Of a DNA stretch of 64,000 nucleotides, positions 29,118 to 38,117 are shown one piece after another. Numbering within the stretch: the first letter of the stretch is position 1; every line of letters starts with the position of its first letter. The DNA comes from Patescibacteria group bacterium (GTDB taxonomy: Bacteria > Patescibacteriota > JAQUNI01): the NCBI GenBank assembly GCA_028717685.1, contig JAQUNI010000001.1, forward strand, positions 548,062 to 612,061. Reading direction: 5' to 3'. A model generated the notes under the pieces. The model was given only the letters and a program-made list of their open reading frames with translations. It made no database searches and was not told the DNA's origin. The position numbers and the translations under genes were made by a program.

Positions 29118-29534
29118 TTGGGATTTGGTGCTTGGGATTTATATATTATGTTTCTATTTATCAATACTGCCCTAAATAATAAACTCACGATTGCCCTTGT
29201 GTCGTATACTCTCGGGATTTTGGATAGAACTGATTCAGATATTTACCAAAATCATTCGGAAAAGCTGTTGCCTGCGGTGGAAAAGTTGTTGTCCCAAAAT
29301 AAATTAATCTTGAAAGATTTAAAGGGTATTGGCGTGGTGCGCGGACCGGGCTCTTTTACGGGCGTGCGCGTTGGCGTCGCCTGCACTAATGCCTTGGGCT
29401 TTGCTTTAAACATCCCAGTAAAAGGAATAAGATATCAAGAAGGCAAAGATTTAGTGAAGCAAATTTTCCAGAGATTTCCTGGGGGTGGATTTGACAAACC
29501 TGTCGTTCCCTTTTATCAATATAAACCGGTATAG
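29118..29534 (+). CDS. tsaB: Short TsaB-like protein, N-terminal domain only
   Basis: Contains the TsaB hallmark GPGSFTGVRVGVA and LLPAVEKLL, but is 128-138 aa against about 230 for typical TsaB, so the C-terminal half is absent. The real start may be the ATG at 29148. Confidence 0.5.
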   Translation: MGFGAWDLYIMFLFINTALNNKLTIALVSYTLGILDRTDSDIYQNHSEKLLPAVEKLLSQNKLILKDLKGIGVVRGPGSFTGVRVGVACTNALGFALNIPVKGIRYQEGKDLVKQIFQRFPGGGFDKPVVPFYQYKPV

Positions 29535-29555
29535 TGATAAAGATGAGTAATACCC

Positions 29556-29583
29556 TTGACAGCCTTTTTACTTATGTTACACT
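29556..29583 (+). promoter_or_regulatory. Candidate sigma70 promoter for rpoB
   Basis: TTGACA at 29556-29561, 16-nt spacer, TACACT at 29578-29583; followed by a structured ~350-nt leader (hairpin agtcttt…aagact). Confidence 0.35.
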
Positions 29584-29933
29584 TAATCTATGGAAAATAA
29601 TATATTAGTTTCGGACTGTTAGTCTTTCCGAAAAGACTCGTTTTTGGTTGATCCAAAAGGAGATTTGTTTTATTTGCATTTTATTATAGCTATTATTGGC
29701 GGAATAATGCGGGTTTTAAGGAGCTGCCACAGAAGCGCCATACAGGGCGTTTACTAAAGCGAGAGATGGGGTATTCCATCTGTAGCTCCCACAATTTATT
29801 TTTTATTTGCGGCATTAATTTTATGCGCTCTATTAAAAAGATAAAAAATAAGAAAACTATAACTTCAAGTAAATTCTCCAATGAAGTAAATAAATTTCCG
29901 CCGCGGAAATATTTTACTACGAATCATGAGGTG

Positions 29934-32900
29934 ATGGAATTGCCTAATCTCATTGAAATCCAAACAAAATCTTATGATTGGTTTGTAAGCGAAGGTTTAA
30001 GGGAGCTTTTTGATGAAATTTCGCCGATTAAAGATTATTCCGGCAAAGAGCTGGAATTATATTTGAAAGACTATTATCTGGATGAACCTAAATATGATGA
30101 ACTGACGGCAAAGTCCCGTAATACTACTTTTGAATCTCCTTTGCGTTGCCAAGTGGAGTTAGTGAATAAGAAAACAGGCGAGATTAAGGAGCAAGAAATT
30201 TACCTTGGGGATTTTCCTTTAATGACACCCCGAGGTACTTTTATTATTAATGGCGTGGAAAGAGTAGTGGTTTCACAACTAATCCGTTCTCCGGGCGTAT
30301 TTTTTACCGCGGAGTTCAACGGGGAGCGCAGACTCTTCGGGGCGAAAGTAATTCCTAACCGCGGAGCTTGGTTGGAATTTGAAACTGACTCCCAAGGCGT
30401 CATTGCAGTGAAAATTGATCGCAAAAGAAAGGTGCCGGTGACGAGCCTTCTGCGTGCTTTTGGTTACACCACCAATGAAGAAATCAAAAGCCTTTTTAAA
30501 GAAGTGGATGCGCACCCGGATTTATCCTATATTCAAGTGACGATTAGTAAGGATCACGCTACAAATCAGGAAGAGGGATTGAAGGAAGTTTACAAAAGAA
30601 TTCGTCCAGGAGATCTCGCTACCGCGGACAACGCCCGCTCTTTAATTTATGCGATGTTTTTCAATTTTGACCGCTATGATTTTGGCAGGGTGGGCCGTTA
30701 TAAAATGAATAAGAGGCTCGGTCTCAATGCGCCGATAAGCAAAGAGGGGAGGGTTTTGCAGAAGGAGGATTTAGTCGCGATTATTCGTGAGATTATCCGT
30801 TTGAATAATACCCAGGGCGAGCTGGATGAAATTGACCATCTTGGGAATCGTCGGGTGCGGGCTGTGGGGGAGCTTATTCAAAATCGGTTCCGTGTCGGTT
30901 TGGCGCGCATGGAGAGAATTGTCCATGATCGGATGAGCACGATGGATTTATCCGTCATCACACCTTCTCAACTGATTAACGCTCGGCCAGTAATTGCGGC
31001 GGTGCGGGAATTTTTTATGTCTTCGCAATTATCTCAGTTTATGGACCAAACAAATCCTTTAGCGGAACTGGAACACAAGCGAAGATTGTCCGCAATGGGA
31101 CCGGGCGGGTTGCATAGGAAAAGAGCAGGATTTGATGTGCGCGATGTTCATCGTTCGCATTACGGCCGGATCTGCCCTATTGCCACGCCTGAAGGGCCGA
31201 ACATTGGTCTTGTCGGACATTTAGCGAGTTACGCTCGCCTCAATGAGTATGGCTTTATCGAAACGCCCTATCGCAAGGTAGTGCGGGAGGTGGAAAATAA
31301 ATCCGGAGAAACCAGCGGCGAGATTGCGCGGGGGACTTTTCAAGATAAAAAGGGGAGAATTATTGTGCGAGACGGCGAGGAGATTACTTTAAAGGCAGCG
31401 CGGGAAATAGCAAAGATGCCGTTAGAAAAAATCACAGTTAAACCTCACCTCACCAACGAGATAGTTTACCTCGATGCTTTTACCGAGGAGGCAACGGTGA
31501 CTGTGCCGGCGACCGTGAATCTAGACGCAAAAGGTTATTTTTTGGAACATAATGTGCGTTGTCGCGTTCAGGGCGAGCCTACGATCCGTTCCTCGGAAAA
31601 GATAGATTATGTAGATGTTTCGCCGCGTCAAATTGTGAGCATTACCACTTCTCTAATTCCTTTTTTGGAGCACGACGATGCCAGCAGAGCCTTAATGGGA
31701 ACGAATATGCAACGTCAGTCCGTATCTTGTATTATACCTGAAGCCCCTATAGTCGGCACAGGGACAGAATCCGCGGCCGCGCTTTATTCCGGACAGGTAG
31801 TGGTGGCGCAAAGCGAGGGCAAGGTTATTGAGGTTTCCTCGGATCAGATAAAATTATTAACAGAGGGTGGCGAAATTGAGAATTATCCTTTATTGAAGTT
31901 TGACCGCTCTAATGCCTCCACGTGCATGAATCAGCGTCCCTTGGCAAATAAGGGTCAGAGGGTAAAGAAAGGGGATGTTTTAGCAGATGGCGCGGCCACG
32001 GATCATGGTGAATTAGCTTTGGGTCAAAATCTTCTTGTCGCCTTTATGGCTTGGGAAGGGGGAAATTTTGAAGATGCAATTTTAATCTCCGATCGAGTCG
32101 TGCAAACCGATCGCTATAGTTCTATTCATATTGAAGATTTTTCTATTGATGTGCGGGATACCAAGTTGGGACCCGAGATGGTCACGCGTGATATTCCTAA
32201 TGTTAGCGAAGAACGTTTAAAAGATCTGGACGAAGAAGGAATTGTTCGCATCGGCGCTGAAGTATCCTCGGGAGATATCCTAGTAGGTAAAGTGACTTTA
32301 AAGGGGGAAAGTGACCTTTCTGCCGAGGAAAAACTCTTGAGAGCTATCTTTGGTGAAGAGGCGCGAGATGTCAAGGATACCTCTTTATATTTGCAGCACG
32401 GGGAACACGGCAAGGTTGTGGACATTAAGATATTTTCCCGTGATCAAGGAGATAAGTTGCCGACAGGGGTAATTAAAACTATTCAAGTAAGCGTAGCAAA
32501 TTTAAGAAAGATTCAAGTCGGTGATAAAATGGCGGGTCGTCACGGCAATAAAGGGGTTATTTCGCGCGTCGTGCCCCAAGAAGATATGCCCTTCTTAGAA
32601 GACGGGACGGGAGTGGATATTATTTTGTCTCCCTTGGGAGTGCCTTCACGGATGAATGTCGGACAGATTTTGGAGACCCATCTTGGGTGGGCGGCGAGAG
32701 ATTTGGGTTATCGGGTGGCGAGCCCAGTTTTAGATGGAGTGCCTGAAGAGATTGTGCGCCGCGAGCTCCTAAAGGCGGGTATACCTCCTGACGGAAAGGT
32801 GACCCTTTATGATGGTCGCTCTGGTCAACCCTTTATGGAAAAGGTGACAGTGGGGGTGATTTATATGATGAAATTAAATCACTTAGTGGAAGACAAAATG

Positions 32901-33227
32901 CACCAACGTTCCATAGGACCTTATTCTTTAGTTACTCAACAGCCCCTAGGCGGGAAAGCCCAGTTTGGCGGTCAGCGCTTTGGGGAAATGGAAGTTTGGG
33001 CGCTTGAGGCTTATGGCGCCGCCTATACCCTTCAGGAGATGCTAACGATTAAGTCTGATGATGTTTTGGGGCGCTCTAAAACTTATGAATCTATTATTAA
33101 AGGCGAGGAGATCCAACAACCGAATATACCCGAGTCTTTTAACGTATTAGTGAAAGAATTGAAAGGTTTGTGTTTAAATGTAGAGTTGGTCGGGGCAGAA
33201 GATAGAGAATCCAAAGGATCAAATTAA
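29934..33227 (+). CDS. rpoB: DNA-directed RNA polymerase subunit beta
   Basis: The conserved N-terminus MELPNLIEIQTKSYDWF begins at an in-frame ATG (29934) with RBS GAGGTGA; rpoB motifs run throughout. The track ORF extends upstream through non-homologous sequence. Confidence 0.97.
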   Translation: MELPNLIEIQTKSYDWFVSEGLRELFDEISPIKDYSGKELELYLKDYYLDEPKYDELTAKSRNTTFESPLRCQVELVNKKTGEIKEQEIYLGDFPLMTPRGTFIINGVERVVVSQLIRSPGVFFTAEFNGERRLFGAKVIPNRGAWLEFETDSQGVIAVKIDRKRKVPVTSLLRAFGYTTNEEIKSLFKEVDAHPDLSYIQVTISKDHATNQEEGLKEVYKRIRPGDLATADNARSLIYAMFFNFDRYDFGRVGRYKMNKRLGLNAPISKEGRVLQKEDLVAIIREIIRLNNTQGELDEIDHLGNRRVRAVGELIQNRFRVGLARMERIVHDRMSTMDLSVITPSQLINARPVIAAVREFFMSSQLSQFMDQTNPLAELEHKRRLSAMGPGGLHRKRAGFDVRDVHRSHYGRICPIATPEGPNIGLVGHLASYARLNEYGFIETPYRKVVREVENKSGETSGEIARGTFQDKKGRIIVRDGEEITLKAAREIAKMPLEKITVKPHLTNEIVYLDAFTEEATVTVPATVNLDAKGYFLEHNVRCRVQGEPTIRSSEKIDYVDVSPRQIVSITTSLIPFLEHDDASRALMGTNMQRQSVSCIIPEAPIVGTGTESAAALYSGQVVVAQSEGKVIEVSSDQIKLLTEGGEIENYPLLKFDRSNASTCMNQRPLANKGQRVKKGDVLADGAATDHGELALGQNLLVAFMAWEGGNFEDAILISDRVVQTDRYSSIHIEDFSIDVRDTKLGPEMVTRDIPNVSEERLKDLDEEGIVRIGAEVSSGDILVGKVTLKGESDLSAEEKLLRAIFGEEARDVKDTSLYLQHGEHGKVVDIKIFSRDQGDKLPTGVIKTIQVSVANLRKIQVGDKMAGRHGNKGVISRVVPQEDMPFLEDGTGVDIILSPLGVPSRMNVGQILETHLGWAARDLGYRVASPVLDGVPEEIVRRELLKAGIPPDGKVTLYDGRSGQPFMEKVTVGVIYMMKLNHLVEDKMHQRSIGPYSLVTQQPLGGKAQFGGQRFGEMEVWALEAYGAAYTLQEMLTIKSDDVLGRSKTYESIIKGEEIQQPNIPESFNVLVKELKGLCLNVELVGAEDRESKGSN

Positions 33228-33308
33228 CGAAGTCATCCCTTTCCGGGTAAAGGTCTTTTTCAAAATTTTAACAAAGTCATCATCACAAAGCGATTACTTT
33301 GTGGCTTC

Positions 33309-33872
33309 GTGATTATGTATCTTCCCACAACCCATATAGCTTTCGGTGTCCTAGGTTCTATATTGAGCAGTTTTATTTTGAAAGTTCCCTTGACGCGTGA
33401 AATGGTGGTTTTTGGAATGATTACTTCTGTTTTTCCTGACATTGATTATGTATATTATTTGGCGCGTTTTGGCATCAGACCCGCAAAATATAGCCATGAG
33501 CACCGCCAGGTCCTAACCCATAGCTTATCTCCTTATGTCGTCATCGCAGTTTTAATTTTTTTCTTTGGGAGTAAAGTTTGGGGCGCAACTTTTTTCCTTG
33601 CCTCTTTGTCACATTTAATCTTGGACAGCGTTCGTTCGCCTTGGGGCATTCGTTGGTTTTGGCCGTTTTCCAATCAATACTACAGCTTGAGCTTTAAGAG
33701 TGGTTTTCATGGCTTTACCAAAAAACAGTTAGACGAATTTACAAGTCAACGCAGTAATAAAGCCTGGGTAGACCGTTTCTTAAAGTGGGATAATCCTTAT
33801 TTCCTTTTTGAATTTTCAGTTATTATATTTTTAAGCGCATTCTTATTCTTTTTCTTCTTTAAATATTTTTAA
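33309..33872 (+). CDS. Membrane-bound metal-dependent hydrolase (YdjM/DUF457-like)
   Basis: 187 aa polytopic protein with His-rich motifs (HIAFG…, HSLSPY, LSHLILDS) characteristic of the YdjM/DUF457 family. Sits between rpoB and rpoC. Confidence 0.55.
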   Translation: MIMYLPTTHIAFGVLGSILSSFILKVPLTREMVVFGMITSVFPDIDYVYYLARFGIRPAKYSHEHRQVLTHSLSPYVVIAVLIFFFGSKVWGATFFLASLSHLILDSVRSPWGIRWFWPFSNQYYSLSFKSGFHGFTKKQLDEFTSQRSNKAWVDRFLKWDNPYFLFEFSVIIFLSAFLFFFFFKYF

Positions 33873-33996
33873 TTGAGATACAATTATCTCCCCGCCAGTC
33901 CGCCTGAGGCGGGTGGTAGCGGGGCCGCTCCACGAGATTTAATTTTTTTTGTAAGATGCCACAGGCTCAAGACCGTGGAGCTTTATCTATACCAAA

Positions 33997-36900
33997 ATGT
34001 CTAATATTACCCCTTTTAGAGCAATCAAATTAAAACTCGCCTCTCCTGAAGAAATTCTTGCTTGGTCATATGGAGAGATCACTCGTCCTGAAACCATTAA
34101 TTATCGCACCGGTAAACCGGAAAAGGATGGGCTGTTTTGTGAAAAGATTTTTGGTCCCACGAAAGATTGGGAGTGTTATTGCGGTAAATACAAAAGGATT
34201 CGTTATAAAGGAATTGTCTGCGACAAGTGCGGCGTGGAGGTAACCCGTTCCATTGTTCGTCGTGAGAGAATGGGGCATATTTCTCTAGCCGTTCCCGTAT
34301 CCCACATTTGGTTTTTGCGCGGCGTGCCTTCCAAGGTTGGCTTGGTGCTGAATCTCGGAGTACAGAGTTTGGAAAAAGTAGTCTATTTTGCAAGTTATAT
34401 TATTACTAAAGTGTATAAAGAAGCGAGAGAAAAAGCGAGGGTGCAGATTAATAAAGAGTTAAAAGTGAAACGAGAAGATATCATTCGCAGATATAAGGAA
34501 GTCGTCAGTTTATTAAAACAAGAGAAAGGCAAGGCGCTCTCGCGCCTCGAAACAAAAAGCAAGAGGGCAAAGATTGAGGCAGGATTTGATCAAAAGATTA
34601 TTGCAAAGCATAAAGAACGGGAAAAAGCGCTTGAAGAATTGTCGGGCGCTGTGTTACTTGCCCAGCGAGAGCTTGCTAGCATTAAACGTCTAGCCGTCAT
34701 CTCCGAATTGCAATACCGTAATTTTTCCTTAAAGTATGGCGAGGTATTTGAGGCGGGAATTGGCGCGGGCGCAATCCGAGATATTTTAGCTAAAATTAAT
34801 TTGGAGAAGTTGGCGCAAAAATTGAACATAGAGTTTAAAAAAGCATCTTCTACAGAGCAGAAGCGGCTTAAAAAAAGGATTTCTTTAGTAGAGGGTATGA
34901 TTCGAGCTAAGATTCGTCCCGAGTGGATGATTCTAACCGAGCTTCCGGTCATTCCCCCCGATCTTCGACCTATGGTTCAACTTGATGGAGGACGTTTCGC
35001 CGCTTCCGATCTTAATGATTTGTATCGGCGCATTATCAACCGCAATAATCGCTTAAAAAGATTGCAGGAATTAAATGCCCCGGAAGTAATCAAACGTAAT
35101 GAGAAAAGAATGTTGCAAGAAGCAGTGGATGCTTTAATTGACAATGAAGCGCGGCACGGCAAGGTGGCCTCTTCTACTACAGGACAAAAAAGAGTTTTGC
35201 GATCGGTGGCGGATATGCTCAAAGGCAAGCAGGGCCGTTTCCGACAAAATCTTTTAGGGAAGCGCGTAGATTACTCTGGTCGCAGCGTAATCGTTGTGGG
35301 ACCGAAACTGAAGTTGCATCAATGTGGCATTCCTAAAAAAATGGCATTGGAGCTTTTTAAGCCTTTCGTTATTTCTAAACTTATTCAAAAAGAATATACC
35401 CATAATGTCCGCTCGGCGGGTAAACTTTTAGAGGCTGGTACTCCGGAGGTTTGGGATATTTTGGAAGAGGTAATTCGCGATCAGTATGTCCTTTTGAATC
35501 GCGCCCCAACCCTGCACCGTTTGAGTATTCAGGCTTTTAAACCTATTCTTATCGAAGGTAAGGCAATTCAAATTCACCCTATGGTGTGTAGCGCTTTTAA
35601 TGCTGATTTTGATGGCGATCAGATGGCAGTCCATGTTCCTTTGACGCGGATGGCGCGGGAGGAAGCAAGGAAGATTATGCTTTCCTCGCGCAATTTACTC
35701 AAGCCGGCAACCGGCGAACCAATCACTACTGCTTCTAAAGATATTGTGTTGGGTTGTTATTATATGACAAGAATTAGAGAAAAAGCGAAAGGGGAAGGCA
35801 AGATCTTTGCTACGCCCGAGGAAGCTTTATTGGCGCATGAGGAAGGGATTGTTGATATTCAAGCCCTGATTTTTGCAAGAATGAATTCGGGGGAGAAAGT
35901 TCAGACCTCCGTGGGCAGAATTATTTTTAATCAAATTTTACCTCCCGCTTTAAGGTTTCAAAATCAAGTCATGGATAAAAAGGCATTGAAAAATTTGATT
36001 GATTCCTGCCTGAAGAGATATGGTCGGAAACGAGCAGTTAAACTGATTGATGACATTAAGGACATGGGTTTTGAATATTTGACTCGTTCAGGGCTTTCTT
36101 GGGGGATGAATGACCTTCAGATTCCTGCCAGGAAAGAAGAGATTTTGAAAAAGGCGGATATAGAGGTAGATCAGATTTACAGGCAATTTAAGGAAGGACT
36201 TTTAACCGACGAGGAACGTTATACCAAGGTTTTAGAGATTTGGGCTCGCACTAAAGATTTAATTACCAAGGAAGCCGAGAAAGCAATAGATAAATATGGG
36301 CCATTATACTCAATGTTGGATTCTGGAGCGCGAGGGAGCTGGAGCCAGGCTTCCCAAATGATTGGGATGAAGGGACTCGTTGCTAATCCTGCCGGCAAGA
36401 CCATTGAATTGCCGGTGAAAGATAGCTTTAAAGAAGGCTTTTCGGTATTGGAGTATTTCATTTCCACTCATGGCACGCGGAAGGGAATGTCGGATACTGC
36501 CCTGCGCACCGCCACCGCGGGTTATTTAACCAGAAGGCTCGTGGACGTGGCGCAGGATATGGTGGTTCGGGATGGGGATTGCGGCGATACCAAGGGACTT
36601 TTAATTACAAGAGAGGAAACCGAAGAAATGGGCGAGACCATCGCTGAAAGGGTAACCGGTCGGGTCTCTTTAACTAATTTGCGCGATTTGAAAACAGGCG
36701 AGATTATTGTGAAAAAGGGCGATCTTATTGATGAGGAGCAAGCGAAGAAAATCGCCAAGATTGATCCTGGCGAGTTCTATATCCGTTCGTCCCTTACTTG
36801 TAAGACAGTAAAGGGTATCTGCCAAAAATGTTATGGTTGGGATCTCGGGCACAAACAGTTGGTTAGGCTAGGGGAAGCGGTAGGGATTATTGCCGCTCAA

Positions 36901-37839
36901 TCCATCGGGGAGCCAGGGACCCAGCTTACGATGCGCACCTTCCACACCGGAGGTGTGGCGGAAGGAGATATTATTCAAGGGTTACCTCGGGTGGAAGGAC
37001 TTTTTGAATGCCGACCCGTCAAAAATCCAGCAGTCATGGCGGAAGTGGATGGCATCATGGATATTGAAAACCGCGGTGATCAAAAAATCGTCAGGATATT
37101 TACTAAAGACATCATCACTGACCGTTATTCACTGCAAGGCAAAAAAGCAAGAGTAGAGAATGGTAGTTATGTGGAGGCTGGTGAAGAATTGGCTATTTCG
37201 GATAAAGGTCAGAAGATTAAAGCTAAAGCTGCTGGTATTGTGAAGATCCAAGGGGAAGAATTATCCGTGGTAAGAGAACAAAATGCGGCTCAAGAACATC
37301 TTTTACCTTTGGAAACACCTTTATGGGTAGAAAAGGGGCAGGAGGTTATAAGGGGTGATCAATTTACCGAAGGTTATTTAGACTTACGCAAGTTATTTAA
37401 GGTTTCGGGCGCGGAAGCAGTGCAGAAATATATTATTTGTGAAGTACAGCGTATTTATTCTACCCAAGGTCAGGATATTAATGATAAACATATTGAAATT
37501 ATCACGCGTCAGATGTTTTCCAAGGTAAGCGTGGAAAATCCCGGAGACTCCGATTTCATCCCTGGCGCTATCATAGATAAATTGCGTTTTGAACGCGCGA
37601 ATCAGGCATTAAAAAAACAAGGTCGCGAAGAGATTACAGGCGAACATCTTCTCTTGGGGATCACGAAGGCTTCCTTAAATACCGAAAGCTTTTTATCCGC
37701 TGCCTCCTTTCAAGAAACTGCTCGGGTGCTCATAGAGGCCGCGGTGATGAATAAAGAAGATAAACTGGAAGGATTAAAGGAAAACGTGATCATTGGTCGT
37801 TTAATCCCGGCGGGCACAGGTTTTAGAAGAGATGTCTAA
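33997..37839 (+). CDS. rpoC: DNA-directed RNA polymerase subunit beta'
   Basis: 1280 aa with the zinc-binding CxxC…CxxC N-terminus, the NADFDGD catalytic loop and the large in-protein insertion typical of some lineages. Confidence 0.97.
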   Translation: MSNITPFRAIKLKLASPEEILAWSYGEITRPETINYRTGKPEKDGLFCEKIFGPTKDWECYCGKYKRIRYKGIVCDKCGVEVTRSIVRRERMGHISLAVPVSHIWFLRGVPSKVGLVLNLGVQSLEKVVYFASYIITKVYKEAREKARVQINKELKVKREDIIRRYKEVVSLLKQEKGKALSRLETKSKRAKIEAGFDQKIIAKHKEREKALEELSGAVLLAQRELASIKRLAVISELQYRNFSLKYGEVFEAGIGAGAIRDILAKINLEKLAQKLNIEFKKASSTEQKRLKKRISLVEGMIRAKIRPEWMILTELPVIPPDLRPMVQLDGGRFAASDLNDLYRRIINRNNRLKRLQELNAPEVIKRNEKRMLQEAVDALIDNEARHGKVASSTTGQKRVLRSVADMLKGKQGRFRQNLLGKRVDYSGRSVIVVGPKLKLHQCGIPKKMALELFKPFVISKLIQKEYTHNVRSAGKLLEAGTPEVWDILEEVIRDQYVLLNRAPTLHRLSIQAFKPILIEGKAIQIHPMVCSAFNADFDGDQMAVHVPLTRMAREEARKIMLSSRNLLKPATGEPITTASKDIVLGCYYMTRIREKAKGEGKIFATPEEALLAHEEGIVDIQALIFARMNSGEKVQTSVGRIIFNQILPPALRFQNQVMDKKALKNLIDSCLKRYGRKRAVKLIDDIKDMGFEYLTRSGLSWGMNDLQIPARKEEILKKADIEVDQIYRQFKEGLLTDEERYTKVLEIWARTKDLITKEAEKAIDKYGPLYSMLDSGARGSWSQASQMIGMKGLVANPAGKTIELPVKDSFKEGFSVLEYFISTHGTRKGMSDTALRTATAGYLTRRLVDVAQDMVVRDGDCGDTKGLLITREETEEMGETIAERVTGRVSLTNLRDLKTGEIIVKKGDLIDEEQAKKIAKIDPGEFYIRSSLTCKTVKGICQKCYGWDLGHKQLVRLGEAVGIIAAQSIGEPGTQLTMRTFHTGGVAEGDIIQGLPRVEGLFECRPVKNPAVMAEVDGIMDIENRGDQKIVRIFTKDIITDRYSLQGKKARVENGSYVEAGEELAISDKGQKIKAKAAGIVKIQGEELSVVREQNAAQEHLLPLETPLWVEKGQEVIRGDQFTEGYLDLRKLFKVSGAEAVQKYIICEVQRIYSTQGQDINDKHIEIITRQMFSKVSVENPGDSDFIPGAIIDKLRFERANQALKKQGREEITGEHLLLGITKASLNTESFLSAASFQETARVLIEAAVMNKEDKLEGLKENVIIGRLIPAGTGFRRDV

Positions 37840-37847
37840 AAGTATTG

Positions 37848-37876
37848 CCTAAAAAGTTTTTTAGGTTGTCTTTTTA
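37848..37876 (+). terminator. Rho-independent terminator after rpoC
   Basis: Stem cctaaaaa / tttttagg, then TTGTCTTTTTA. Confidence 0.5.
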
Positions 37877-38117
37877 TGTCAAGCCTTTTGATATTGTTGG
37901 GGTAATATTTTTAAGGGTTTATATACATTATCAAATTGTAAAGCCTCTCATTTTGAATTTAGAATAATTTAAGGTGTGCAACCTTTTTGTTGAAAAGAGG
38001 TTGTTTTTGTTTTTTAAAACAAAAAATGTTATAATTTATTTAATTCCCTTACCTCGTTAGAGGAAGCCGCCGATTTTAATCGGTGGTCAATACTGGTCTG
38101 GTTTATTTATTAAAAAA

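Noticed and set aside
37822-37841. TTAGAAGAGATGTCTAAA as another copy of the TTAGAA-N6-TTCTAA palindrome
   Set aside because: Half-sites are shifted by one base (different spacing) and it lies inside the last rpoC codons; most likely coincidental.
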